Below are positions 43,936 to 56,330 of a stretch of DNA of 64,000 bases, piece by piece. Numbering within the stretch: the stretch's first letter is position 1; every line of letters starts with the position of its first letter. The notes beneath the pieces were generated by a model. It saw only the letters and a program-made list of their open reading frames with translations. It searched no databases and had not been told where the DNA came from. This DNA comes from the human T2T-CHM13v2.0 reference genome, Homo sapiens, in assembly GCF_009914755.1 (NCBI RefSeq), contig NC_060942.1, one strand, 5' to 3'. Made by a program: the position numbers and the translations under genes.

Positions 43936-43954
43936 GTAAGCAAACTAAGAGTTG

Positions 43955-44200
43955 ACAGAGAAATAAACATGTTACTTTTTATTGGAGAAGAAAACTACTA
44001 CTATGAGGAAAAGCTCATTAGAAACTTCATTTTCAGCCATCGCTTTTAGCAGTTTATAAACTGGACCACAAGCCCTGTTGACCTGGTAGCACTTCATTGG
44101 CTGTTCTTCCTGTAATTAATATATCCTGATAAACCAAACAAAACGTGCCTCATAAAGAGATGAAATTGTCTCAGTACCGGTGCCAGATCGTAATGTAGTC
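43955..44200 (-). other. Candidate terminal exon
   Basis: Acceptor ttatttcttctcaaatag|G at 44200, non-repetitive CpG-retaining body, AATAAA on - at 43983-43978. Confidence 0.4.
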
Positions 44201-45054
44201 CTATTTGAGAAGAAATAATTTTTAAAATAAAGTGAATTTTTTATTAAGTTAAACTTATTCAATTTAAAAATCTTGACTCTAAATCTTTCCTAGTTGTTGT
44301 TGTTAGGTTGACTTATTCTTTGATACAATGTTGGTATGATAGATGACAGTTTATTCTTTAATGCTCTTATATCTTCATATGGCAAAACAAAAACTTGGCA
44401 AATTGGTTTTGGTCTCCTGCTTAACTTTTACGAATCTTTTACTAGTCCATAAAACTAAAAAGTCCCAATGAGCCACTCTGAAAAAATAATATATTCATAT
44501 ATTACATACAATATCTCTCAATCAATGCAGGGCATACACTTAGGCATGTCACTGCGGTACCAAAAGTCAGCTGCCAATATAAAAAAGTTGATCTGTTCAG
44601 ATGAAAAAAATAAGAAATGTATTGTTGAAATGAACTAACTGGCTAATTCAGTAAAAACATTCAATGGAAGAGTTCCATGTGGCAAGAAGAGTTCCATAAG
44701 AAAGACAATTTTTTTTTCCCAGAATGTTTCTAACCAATAAGACAGTTCCTTAGAGTGGATAAGAAATTTCAAACTGAGGATCAGCTTCTGACTTAAAAAA
44801 GAGGCTCATTTTTGTCTTAAATTGAACAAATTAATATAATACTATACTCCTATGCTGCTCTATATAGGGTTGATGTTTGCATAAGATAGAGAGACTGTGA
44901 GAGACACACAAAGAAAAAGAGAGGGAGAAAGAAGAGAAGGCAGCAGAAAGAGAGAGCAAGAGAGGGGGACAGAGGAAGAGAAAGGGGAAAATGATATTCT
45001 GTTGGTTTTTTACATTATCATTTCCAAAAACACATTTATTCTTACTTGGAAATT

Positions 45055-45290
45055 ACTTCTATAGCATTTACTATATACTGGGCATTTTCTAAGTATTTTA
45101 AGATATTAACTCATTTAATCTTCATAAAAATCCCATGAAGTAAGTACCATCTTCTGTATGTAGATAATCTGAGGCACAGAGACATTAAGTAACTTGCCAC
45201 AAGTCCCACAGCCAACACATGACAGAGCTGGAAATAAAACTAAGGCAGTTGCATGCCTTTAGAGTTCATGTTCTTAACCGCTACTCTTAC
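45055..45290 (-). mobile_element. MIR SINE
   Basis: attaactcatttaatcttcata...ctgaggcacagagacattaagtaacttgcc. Confidence 0.88.
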
Positions 45291-46639
45291 TGTCAATGGA
45301 AATTAATGGTAGGAATTATATATCCCAAGAGACAGAAAAGTAACACACTCACTGTAAGGATTACACAAAGATAGTTATATAAATACTGCAAATAACTCCT
45401 AATTATTTGATACTTTTCATCTGCATCCTTTCTCCATTAACATAAAATATTGAGGTTTTTTTCATGGTTTCTTTCACAATTTTACTTCTAGGCCCACCTG
45501 AACAAATATTAGGCCACATTCAATACATTCCTAAGTTCCACAGATTTCACATGATAGTTCTCAGTTCCATAACAACCACCTGAAATCTTTCAAAATATTC
45601 TAGGGTCAGAATTATATTTTTAAAATATCTGTAAATTTTCTATTTCAACCTATAATTTAAATATATCAGTTTCATTAATATAAATTTTATATTCGGTGCT
45701 ATGAAAATACCAATATTCTGTTACTAATGGTCTAGTCAAGAAATAAACTATCTCTTCTTTCATATACATCTAGATCTATGTTTATTCTATATGGGAAATT
45801 TTCTACTTACCTAGATTTGTGTAAATATTTTTTATTATCAGCAAATATATTTGATTATTTTATTTTGGAACATTAAAAATGTTAAACAATCTCATTAAAT
45901 TGTATTTGTCCTGGATCTGGTAACCAGTTAGAGTTTTAGTAACAACAAAGTTTATTTCAATTTGTATTGACCTAAAAGAAAGTCAGTCCAAATCCCACTT
46001 TTACTCTAATTTAATTATTATATTAAGTGTTTATTAAGCACTTGCTCTGAGTTAGATACCATGCAGGGTTCTAAGGATACTAAGATGATTAAGGTAAGTA
46101 TTGCTGCTGTTAAGGGCTTATGTTTGAAAGACAAATTTTAGCATATCCCTGTTAGTCCATTAGACTGAAATTGTTAAGTAATAAATTGCACATCTACATG
46201 ATTTACTGTAATCTATCATTTTCACATCAATACTTTAATCTTAGAGTTAAAAACTGAATCCTTTCTTTCACTGTTTATAAACATTAATATTGAAAATATT
46301 CATTTCTACAGCTTCTATTTTATGAAGATACCCACCTGGTTGGACGATTTAGACCTGTCAATTTTCCCAACTTTGGCTAAAATGGAAAGCACTAGTAAGA
46401 AACTTATCAAAGAAAGTGACACACAATCTATAAGGTGAAGGTATTGATGGTGGAGATGACTAAACTCAGTAAACATCCATAAATGTTCTAACATGAAAAT
46501 TGAGAAAATATTAAAATGATACCTCTATGGTCATATTTGTGTTAGTGACAGTTATCTTCAAATCCACTGAATAATTGCTCATAAAGAGAAAGTGTGACTT
46601 TCATGATGTTGTTATTGGTATAAATTGTTATTACCATTA

Positions 46640-47480
46640 CATTTAAAAAATGGCTAGGATAGGGAAACTGTACCACACATATATAGCTGGTAGGAAAGTA
46701 AAATGGTACAGACACTCTGGTAAACAATTTAACAAACTAAACATACAATTAACCCACACCACAGCAATTGCACTCTTGGGCATTTAATCGAGAGAAATGA
46801 AAAGGTGTGCTCACACAAAATCCTGTACACAAATATTTATAATGGCCTTATGTGTAACAGCCCAAAGCTGAAATCAGACCAGCTATCCTTCAACAGATTA
46901 ATGATGATGAAATAGTGATACACACATACTATGAAATACTGCTCAGTAACAAAAAGAAACAAACTATTGAAACAAATGAAAACTTCAATAAATCTCCAGG
47001 GAATTATACTAAGTGAAAAAAACAAGCCAGTCCCCAAAGGTTATGTGCTATATAGGTCCATTTTGAAATCAGAGATTTTAGAAATGTAGTACAGATCAGT
47101 GGTTAGGAACAGGGGTCATGGCAGGATGAAGGAACAGGAAAGAAGTGGATGTGATTATAAAAGAGCAGACTGAGGGTTCCTTGTGGTATTAGAACTGTTC
47201 CATATATTGAGTGTGGTGGTGGATACACAAACCCATAAACAATGAAATTGTATAGAAATTAATATGCAGACACACCACACACACACACATACACACAAGT
47301 AAAGCTGGGAAAATGTCAAAAAAGACTGGTAGATTATATCAATACAATTATTTTGGATGTGATAATATTATATTATAGCTTTGAAAATTGTTACCATTGG
47401 TGGGAAGTCGAGTAAGTGTAATATTTCTTACAATTGCATGTGAATCTACAATTATTTCAATAAAAAATTCAGTTCAAAAA
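46640..47480 (+). mobile_element. L1MD/MC-type 3' end
   Basis: aatctccagggaattatactaagtgaaaa...tttcttacaattgcatgtgaatctacaattatttcaa. Confidence 0.85.
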
Positions 47481-47512
47481 AGTGGGATTAGAGAGCTGGA
47501 ACAGCCCCCTGA

Positions 47513-47520
47513 TCTCTTTC

Positions 47521-47608
<88 letters not shown>
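47513..47608. repeat. Compound microsatellite ending (TC)18(CA)20
   Basis: Read directly from the sequence. Confidence 0.95.
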
Positions 47609-47610
<2 letters not shown>

Positions 47611-49749
47611 CCCTTTCTGCCTAGAAAGCAGCATATTTATCAGCACTAGATCAACCCCAGCAAGTGGCCTTGAGAATGAAAGCTATACATTAAAGATGGC
47701 AAGCAGAAAAATAGAAGTCTTGGTCCCATATGACCCAGGGACTCCACTACATCATCCGTACCCTAACTACTTTTGACTTTATTTTGAATGAGAAAAAAAT
47801 ATACCCCTTTATTTCTATTTAAAAAATTAATAGGATGTGACAAGTGCTGATAAGACAGTGTAGACAGTGTATACCTCTCCTCATTATTTCCTGGCCTCAC
47901 CTGAAGCCACCCTGTAGAGTGCTGACTCATTAAAAATTCAATTTGTTCCAAAAATGGTGCTCAACAAACTTTAGTATGTGCATATAAAATACACATATAT
48001 AACACCTTATTATTCTGCAATAACATACATGCTATTTCTCCCATGATCTGATTATTATGTGTAGTCTCTGCAATTGGAGGAAAGTCCGTGCTCTTTGACA
48101 GTGAGTTCTAAACCCCTTATCACAAATAATCTCAGGTGATGATTAGTTCTTGTAGTCTGCAATATGTATTGTTTAATTCACTAGTCCCCAAAGCAATCTT
48201 TCCAGTAATACTATCATATTTGTCTTATTTCATTCCTTTTTATTTTAATATTCTGAGGTTTAATATTCTGAGGTTCTCTTATCCTTCTCTTATCCTTTTA
48301 TAATTTTGAATATGCTGCATTTTAAGGCTAGGGTAACAAAGCATTCCATTTATATGAAAAGACTTTTACAAATGTGCTTTGGTCAAAATGTATTCTAAAT
48401 AGTGAGTAGGAAAAAAGAATGAGTGAAGAAAATTAAATCCCTACTGTGCCTTTAGCCAGCTGGGTTCTAATTCAGTGCCATGGGCACAAGCCTCCCTTCA
48501 AGCATATTATTTTTCTGAATTGTTTCATAGATAAATGAATAAACCCTAAGACATCTTTCCATTATCTTTAGTCAGAGGTGGTACTTCAGAACCCATAAGT
48601 TTATACCAATTATATAAGAAAAAGGTGACAATACTAAGTAAAAAAGGAAGAGGTGAGAATAATGGAGAAAAAAAGGAAGAAGAATTAAATTTAGTTGTCA
48701 GAAACTGGCACATGCATCACATCACATGTATTGTTAAATGTACTCATTTAATCATCACAATAACCATGTGAAGTAGATATCATTTACTGTCCCCATTTCA
48801 CATATATTGAGAAAAATGTTGAAGTGTGAACCAATTTCTGTCATTTGCATTTCTATGTGTATCCTAGTCCTTTCTCTAAACCAGATTGTTAAGGCATTCC
48901 ATCCTTACTGCCCTGGATTAAGGTTGTTATGGAAACAGGTTTTTTGAAAAATGTTTAAGTCCTGGATTTTAAATTTCAAAAGTTTACTTGGATTTACAGA
49001 ATCCTAAGCTTTCAAGCTTCAGAAACTTAAAGTCTGGAAAACTCATCATAATATTATTTATGCCATGAACAATAGACCTGAAGGAATGTTGATGAAGTAA
49101 TAGACAGTTTTCACACTTTAAATGATATAACAATTCTCTCAGTAGATAAAGAGATATGAAAAGAAAATGTAGCCTAGATATTCATGAGTTCCCGAGAAGT
49201 AGCTCTGCTTTCTACGCCTCCCCAGTGTGTAAGAATTCTAGGAAACGAAACCCAAATAGTTTTGGAAAATTATGAAATTCCAAATGTATCAGCGGGTGGC
49301 ATGTATTTTACACTTTTCTCCACCCAAAGCAGTTTCTGAGCAGTAGAATAGAGATAATTGAATGCCGGTGCATGTTAGTATAAGACAGCCTCACCTGGGA
49401 AATTAGGTGAGTTCATCCCATGAACTCTTGGGATGTCGCAGCAAGAAAGAGACGAAAATATTTAAGAGGGTCCTAATCTTGCATATTCCCTGTGTTCAGA
49501 AGCAAGTGAATCACATTGACAACCTACATGTCAGAAGCAAATTGTATGGGAAAATGTGTATATAAGCAGTTGCCAAGGTGATTAGCAGATAACCAAGACC
49601 CTATCCCCTCCTCACTCTGGGAATATGACCCTATATGGACCATCCTTGAATGTTAAAACCCCAGGCAAAGGGATACCTCAAAGTTACCAAGGAATTAACA
49701 AAATTAATTCACCAGGAATTAACTAAAATTAAGCTTCTGCTTTCACTGA

Positions 49750-52140
49750 GTTCCATTTATTCTTCTTTTTCTCATTTCTTAGGCAGAAGCTTAAATTATT
49801 AAGACATTTTATCTTTAATATTAGCATGTATTGCCATAAATTTTCCTCAAAGCCTTGCTTAAGGTGCATCCCACACATTTTGATATGCTACATTATCATT
49901 TTATTCACGTCAAAATACTGTCTAATTTATCTTTGAATTTCTTCTTTCACCCATGGATTATTTGGATGAATGTTATTTAATCTTTAAGTACTTAGGGAAT
50001 TTCCAGACAACTTTCTCTTACAGATTTGTAGTTTAAACCCTTTCTGGTCAGGGAACATCCTTTGTATGTTGCATAGAGCCATACATATCACAATATCACA
50101 TCTACACAGAGATTTAAAGCCCTACCATACAATGCTGTATTTTTTCATCAGTCATACATATTTTAAATAATGTATAGAATAAGAGTAATCTACTTATAAT
50201 TTCTTTTGGTCTTTTTACATTACTGAAGCTCCAGATATCCTTGTAATATCATATCTATTCATACTGAAGAACTTCCTTCAGCATTTATTTTAGAATAGGC
50301 CTGCTGGAAATTAATTCATGGTTTTTCTTCATCTGAGAAAATCTTATATCACCTGTTTTCTAAAAAAATGTTTCACTAGAGATACAATTATTTTCTTTCA
50401 GCATTTTAGAAATTTTTGTCTTGTGGGCTTCATGGTTTCTGACTAAGTCTGCAGTAATTTCAATTACTGTTTGCCTACAAATAACGTGTAATTTTCCCCT
50501 GGCTTCTTTCAAGATGGTTTTCTTTCATTAATTTCAATTATGATGTGTTTGGGAATCATTTTTCTTTGAGTTTATCTTGTTTCAGTTCCACCAAGCATTT
50601 TGAATTGCCCTGCGAACAAATTTGGAAAACATTCAGCCATTATTTTTCTATTTTTTTTATCTACCAATTCCTTTGTTTTCTCCTTCTATGATTCCACTGG
50701 CACAAATATTAGATCTTTTGATACTGCACTACAGATTCCTGAGTCTGTTTTTTTAAATATTTTTTCTACTCTGTTTTTCAGCAACGATAATTTCTATTGA
50801 GTCCATGAATTTTAAATTCATGGACTCTTTCATCTGCCATCTCCATTCTACTTTTGAGCCCACCTAGTGAATTTTTATCATGTATTTTTTAATTCAAATA
50901 TTGACATTTGATTCTTTTGATAGTTTGTGTGCTGAAAAGGTCTATCTTTTCATTTACTTCAAGAGTGTTTGCATTTTCAATATAGAGCATGATTATGTTA
51001 GCTGCCTTTAAATCCTTTATAATTCCAACATCTGGTCCAACTCAGGGTTGACATCTTCTGATTTTTTTCTTTTTTAAGATTTGTTCCCTTTTCATTGTTT
51101 TTATATGCCAAATAATTTCAGATGTAACCTGAACATTTTGAATACTATGTTGTGGAACTCTTAGTCTTGTTAAAATCCTCCAGAAAAAAAATATTATATT
51201 TGGATAGCATGCAGTAAATCCCATTAGACTGACACCAAAAATTCTGTCTTGTCTTCACAGTTAATGATTCCAATGTCAGTTCAGTTTTTAAATTTTGATA
51301 TGTTTCTTTGGTTCTACCTTGCATACATGCAACTCAGAGGTCAGTCTTAGTTTGTGCAGTGGTTTATATCATATTTCAGTTCTCAAAGACTTTGCCATGG
51401 TGCTTTGCATATATTCTGCACATTCTTAGCTTGACAATGAACACAGTTAATACAAGATTTAGGGGATCTTCTCTTTGGAATTTCCCTCACACTCTCTAAT
51501 TCCCAACAGATTACTTTTTTTCTGATGTTTCTTGCCTGAAAACTTTCTTACTTCTTAGAGTTTTAGTTATGTGCACTGTTACACAATTCCATGGGATTGA
51601 GGCCATCTCCAGGAACATGTAGCCCTGAAAAAGAGAATCTCACACACACTCTTTTGCCACAGGGACCAAGGGAACTTCTGTTTTCTGTTCCTCTGGCCAG
51701 AGACAGGTTTTTCCACTGAGGTTTTTAGGCCCCTCTCTGCTGGCACTGCCACCATCACATCAGCAGTGCAGCTCCATGAGCAGGGCTGCCCTCATGCTAG
51801 GCTATTAGTGAAAATGGGAGGAAAAAAATAGACATGGTGATCCCTCCACATTCTGCAGGTGTCAAGGAACCCTATTCCTGGTCCTCTGGACAGAAAGAGC
51901 TTTTCTTCAAAATTTGTATTGTCTGCTTTCATTGTGCAGTTTCATGACTGAGGCTGCCCTTAGATTAAATCCAGTAGATGAAGGGGGCAGGGCAAAGGAA
52001 ACTCACCCCTTGTGCTGTGTACTTGCAGTTGACATCCATCCTCATTTACCCTGCTATTGTTTGTTTCTCAGAGTTCTCAGGGAGTTATGTTGTATATTCC
52101 TTCCAGAGTTTTTAGTATAATCAGTGGAAGGGATTGTTCA
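49750..52140 (-). mobile_element. Old L1M 5' region / ORF1 / ORF2 fragments
   Basis: ggtgcatcccacacattttgatatg, catggtttctgactaagtctgcagt, tttggaaaacattcagccattattt. Confidence 0.75.
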
Positions 52141-52424
52141 TAGTGAGCTTAACCAGCACTGGAACCCTATGGTAGTTTTCTAGAAACAAAGACTCATGAG
52201 CCCTACCCTGACCCAGAATGTCCATTTTAGCAAGATCCTCAGGTGACTGGTAAGCATGGTAATAGATGAGATGTCCTCAGCTAGATGACAAGAAAAAGAT
52301 TAAAAAAAAAAAAACTCTCAGAATCTTACTAACAAGATTCATATAAAGTCCTCCAAGGTTCAAAATGTCAGTTGTAATATACAAACAGACACATATACAT
52401 TTTTAAATGAAAACTGTAATTATT

Positions 52425-52730
52425 GGCTGAGCGTAGTGGCTCACACCTGTAATCCTAGCACAGGATTAATCCTTGGGAGGCCAAGGTGGATCACCTAAGG
52501 TCAGGAGTTCTAGACCAGCCTGGCTAAAAGGTCAAACCCCGTCTCTACTAAAATCACCAAAAAAAAAATGATCCGGGCATGGTGGCGCATGCCTGTAGCC
52601 TGAAATGCTTGGGAGGCTGAGGCAGGAGAATCACTTGAACCTAGGAGGCGGAGGTTGCAGTAAGCCGAGATTGCGCCACTGCACTCCAGCCTGGGCAACA
52701 GAGCAAGACTCCATCTCGAAAAAATGAAAA
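52425..52730 (+). mobile_element. AluS with small internal palindromic insertion
   Basis: Alu dimer; 15-bp TSD GAAAACTGTAATTAT at 52409-52423 and 52731-52745. Confidence 0.93.
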
Positions 52731-52783
52731 GAAAACTGTAATTATCATAATTCATTGGGAAAGGGGATTTAAAGCAAGAAATA

Positions 52784-53068
52784 GGCCAGGTGCGATGGCT
52801 CATACCTGTAATCCTAGCACTTTGGGAGGCAGAGTCAGACGGATCACCTGAGGTCAGGAGTTCGAGACCAGCTTTGCCAACATGGTGAAACCCCTGTCTC
52901 TATTAAATATACAAAAATTAGCTGGGCGTGATGGTGGGTGCCTGTAATCCCAGCTATTCTGGAGGCTGAGGCAGGAGAACTGCTTGAACCTGGGATCTGA
53001 GATCACACCACTGCACTCCAGCCTGGGCGGCAGAGTGAGACTCTGTCTCCAAAAAAAAAAAAAAAAAA
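52784..53068 (+). mobile_element. AluSx-like with ~20-bp right-arm deletion
   Basis: Alu dimer with poly(A); short TSD AAGAAATA. Confidence 0.93.
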
Positions 53069-54863
53069 AAGAAATAAGTAAAATCACATGTTATATAGAA
53101 ATGGTAAATAAAATTACACTACATATACTTGATTATTTGTAAAGGCTTATTATGTAGCAACATTGAGAAATGTTGATGGTAATAATTTTGATAAAAAACA
53201 GCAGAATTGAAAGTTATATTTTAAACCATAACTCTAAAAAATATGCTAGGTATTATATTTTTTAAAATAATCCATTCATTAGGCATGATGAATGGCAAGA
53301 GAACTAGAATGGATGAACAGGATGGCAAGAGAACTGAAATCCAAGAAAAAATGGTTATAGAAAAGGGAAAATTCTAAGCGAGTCAGGTTATAGTGGACTC
53401 CCTAACATCCATTTGCCCTCCTCTTCTCAACAGCCACCCAGTGATTATATTTTTGGAGGTCTCATTTGTGTATATAGACTGGTTAAAATATAGACTCTGA
53501 ACTCAATCAAAACTCACAAGAAATTGAAGTAGTATAAAACCTAAGATTACTTAATTTATACTGAGAAATAGAACTGCTAAATAGTGCCATCATTGGCAAC
53601 AGTTCAACCCGTGAATTCTCTCTGGTCAAGGCAGTTAGAAACGCAAATAATTAAAAGGGGTTAAATATTGATTTAAAGGGGTTAAAATAATGGCAAGTAT
53701 TTAAGGGTTCTCAGGCTCTTATGGATATAAATATTTTCCTCAATAATAGGGATAACCCTTCAGGAAACACTAAGTTCCTCAGTTATCAAGACAATAGATT
53801 ATTCTATGGGCACATCCAATATTTATATCTTTAATTCATAGTTCTATGGCTGACCAAAAACTTATTAACACTTCCTATGTTAATTTAAAAAGCTCTTGTT
53901 ATCAATTGTGAAGCTGTTCAGTCACAAGAAGTTAAAGTTGGAAGGCATAAAACATCATATATTTCTTAATATTAAATTTCCATTTAACATATACTAATGT
54001 ATAATTATTTGCTAAACTTTTGTGATAGGACAAAGATCTTTAAGTATGAGTCATTAAGCATGTTGAGCATTGCAAGTGTATAACCCTTCCAAGAAACATT
54101 GTCTGTAATTTCCAGTTTCAATTACTTTAAAGTAGAATGGGAAGTTAGTAATTACTTGTAAAGCAATCTAAGTAGTTCAGAATTCGAAGTTCTCTTTTTT
54201 TCCCATAGGTCTTTTTAGTAACTCACCCTTATTTTGAGTCTTTGTAATGCACTGAATTTAAATTTTGCACTCATTTTCTCAGTTTATGATATATTTAAAT
54301 CACATAATTATAAGTGAAACTAGCAAAAAATAGTATGGGAAAAACATAACCAATGCTATGCCTGCAACTCTACTGTATGTGCACAAAGTGCAAATAACTA
54401 CAGAGCAGATCACTATGAGTGAGCCTGTCCATGCCCTGGGTATCAGTCATTATGTTATACAGAAGAAAGAGAAAGTTAGTGTTAGTTCACTAGTGAAGCT
54501 CTATTAAAAGAGCTTTTAGTAAGTTTTCAAGCAAGTTACAGTCTGGTCATACAGTGTTATAGCCATTCTGTCACTTTAAAGTGACTTTGGATATCACTGT
54601 ATTAACTATGTTGATTAAGTTTTAATTTTAGAGAGTGACCTTTTTTATTTGAAAATACTAGGCATTTACAACAAAGTAATGCAAATTAGCTAAAGGGTAC
54701 TTATAACACCTAATTTTTACATTAGAGCACCATTTATAGTGGAATAGATATATAATTTGTTTATATAAGGACAGAGAAAGTTTAAGAAAAAGTTTTTTCT
54801 TGTAGTAGAAAAGCATGCCCCCTCTGCTATCTTATCATGAATTTGTAGAAAAATCCTCCTTTA

Positions 54864-54995
54864 CGGTGGAGGTTGCAGTGAGCCGAGATCGCAGCACTGC
54901 ACTCCAGCCTGAGTGACAGAGTAAGACTCTCAAATAAAAGAAAGGAGGGAAGGAAGAAGGAAGGAAAGAAGGAAGGAAGGAAGGAAGGAAGGAAA
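54864..54995 (+). mobile_element. 5'-truncated Alu (last ~65 nt) with tail converted to (GGAA)n
   Basis: ggtggaggttgcagtgagccgagatc...; perfect 17-bp TSD AGAAAAATCCTCCTTTA at 54847-54863 and 54996-55012. Confidence 0.93.
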
Positions 54996-55282
54996 AGAAA
55001 AATCCTCCTTTAATAGGTAGTTCAAGGTAAATGTCATCTTACCCCTGTTCAAATTACTGCTAATTATGAATTACATATTCTAAATTAGTAAGAACAAACA
55101 AATAAACTAATTGATTGTGATGGTAGCTTTTACAGAGGAAAAATGAGCAACAACATAGCAAAAATTCTTTCTTGGCCTCAGGTAAACAACAATGACCATG
55201 TAAACAGAGTGCTTAGAGAACAATGACCCACATCTGATATTCAAACAAACCTTTGATATTAGATTTGAAAAATCTCATCTAA

Positions 55283-55415
55283 TTAGGTCAATTGGGTAGA
55301 GCATGGCGCTAGTATGACCAGGCTAGGCCTTAGATCCCCATATGTGCCTCTTAGCTTTACCCCATGGCCCTAGATTAAACCCCTAAAACCCTTCAGCCAT
55401 CTGGCAACTGTAGTT
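55283..55415 (+). mobile_element. tRNA-Ile-derived SINE relic (MamSINE1-like)
   Basis: ttaggtcaattgggtagagcatggcgcta...gatccccatatgtgcc resembles the tRNA-Ile head; followed by ttagcttt...ccatggcc...cccctaa...cagccatct body. Confidence 0.7.
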
Positions 55416-56330
55416 ACATCCAGTGAGAACCAATAAGGTTGTTCCTTATTCTCAAAATTAGTCTTTCAACTTCTTAAATTTATTCTCTGAGTTTTTCTCA
55501 ACCTTCCAATTTTCTAACAGCTCCAAAACACTTCAAAAACTCGTAACTGTGAGAATAACTATCACAAATGAATATTTGATTAAAATTAGAAAGAGTGGAA
55601 CATAAGAGGCTATTGAATAAACCTCAGATAGAAAGGAAGAAAATCAAAATAAAATCAACGTAGAGAGGAGAGACTAATTTACAATTTCCTCCAGTATCTT
55701 GACAAAAGAAAAAGACTTGCCAATTACTGCTATTTTTTATATTCTATTCCCCAAATGTTAGGTAGATCTTCTTCAAAATGTGTAATATTTAAATAAGTTA
55801 AAAAAATAAAATTATAGAATGGTTATTTCTAATAAATGAGAACAAATATTATATTGTTATATTTTCTTGTAAGTTTTCAAAAATCCTTTAATGTAAATTA
55901 ATTATAATTATGAGAATAACAATTTCCTTTGATATGTGTACTTGTCTTTCTCCATCCTACTGCTAAAACAGTAAGCTACCTTGTATTCTACTCAAGAGAT
56001 GAATGGAATATCATGAAGTAAATAATGATCAAAAATAAAAACATTTAGAGAAAAATCAAAGTAACTTTTATATACATACATATTCCTAATGACAGTCATT
56101 AGTCACTAAATATGTCAAATAATCTGTGAGAGCTTACATCTTTTACTAAATTATAGACCATCTCATCAAAAACCATAGAAATGGCAATACATAAGGTATT
56201 AGAGAAAAAGAACATTTAAGCTATTTTCAGCTGTATCCTAAACCACAAATAATCTTGGTCAAATACGCTTGTTAAAAATTGACCTGTTAATTACACACAT
56301 GTTTTTGGTAAATTTTACATTAAAGAACTA

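Noticed and set aside
48244-53690. Short direct repeats as a CRISPR-like array
   Set aside because: Only two copies of each unit, no regular spacers, and a eukaryotic context.
55283-55350. Functional tRNA-Ile gene
   Set aside because: The anticodon arm and B-box/T-arm are degenerate, and it continues into SINE body sequence.
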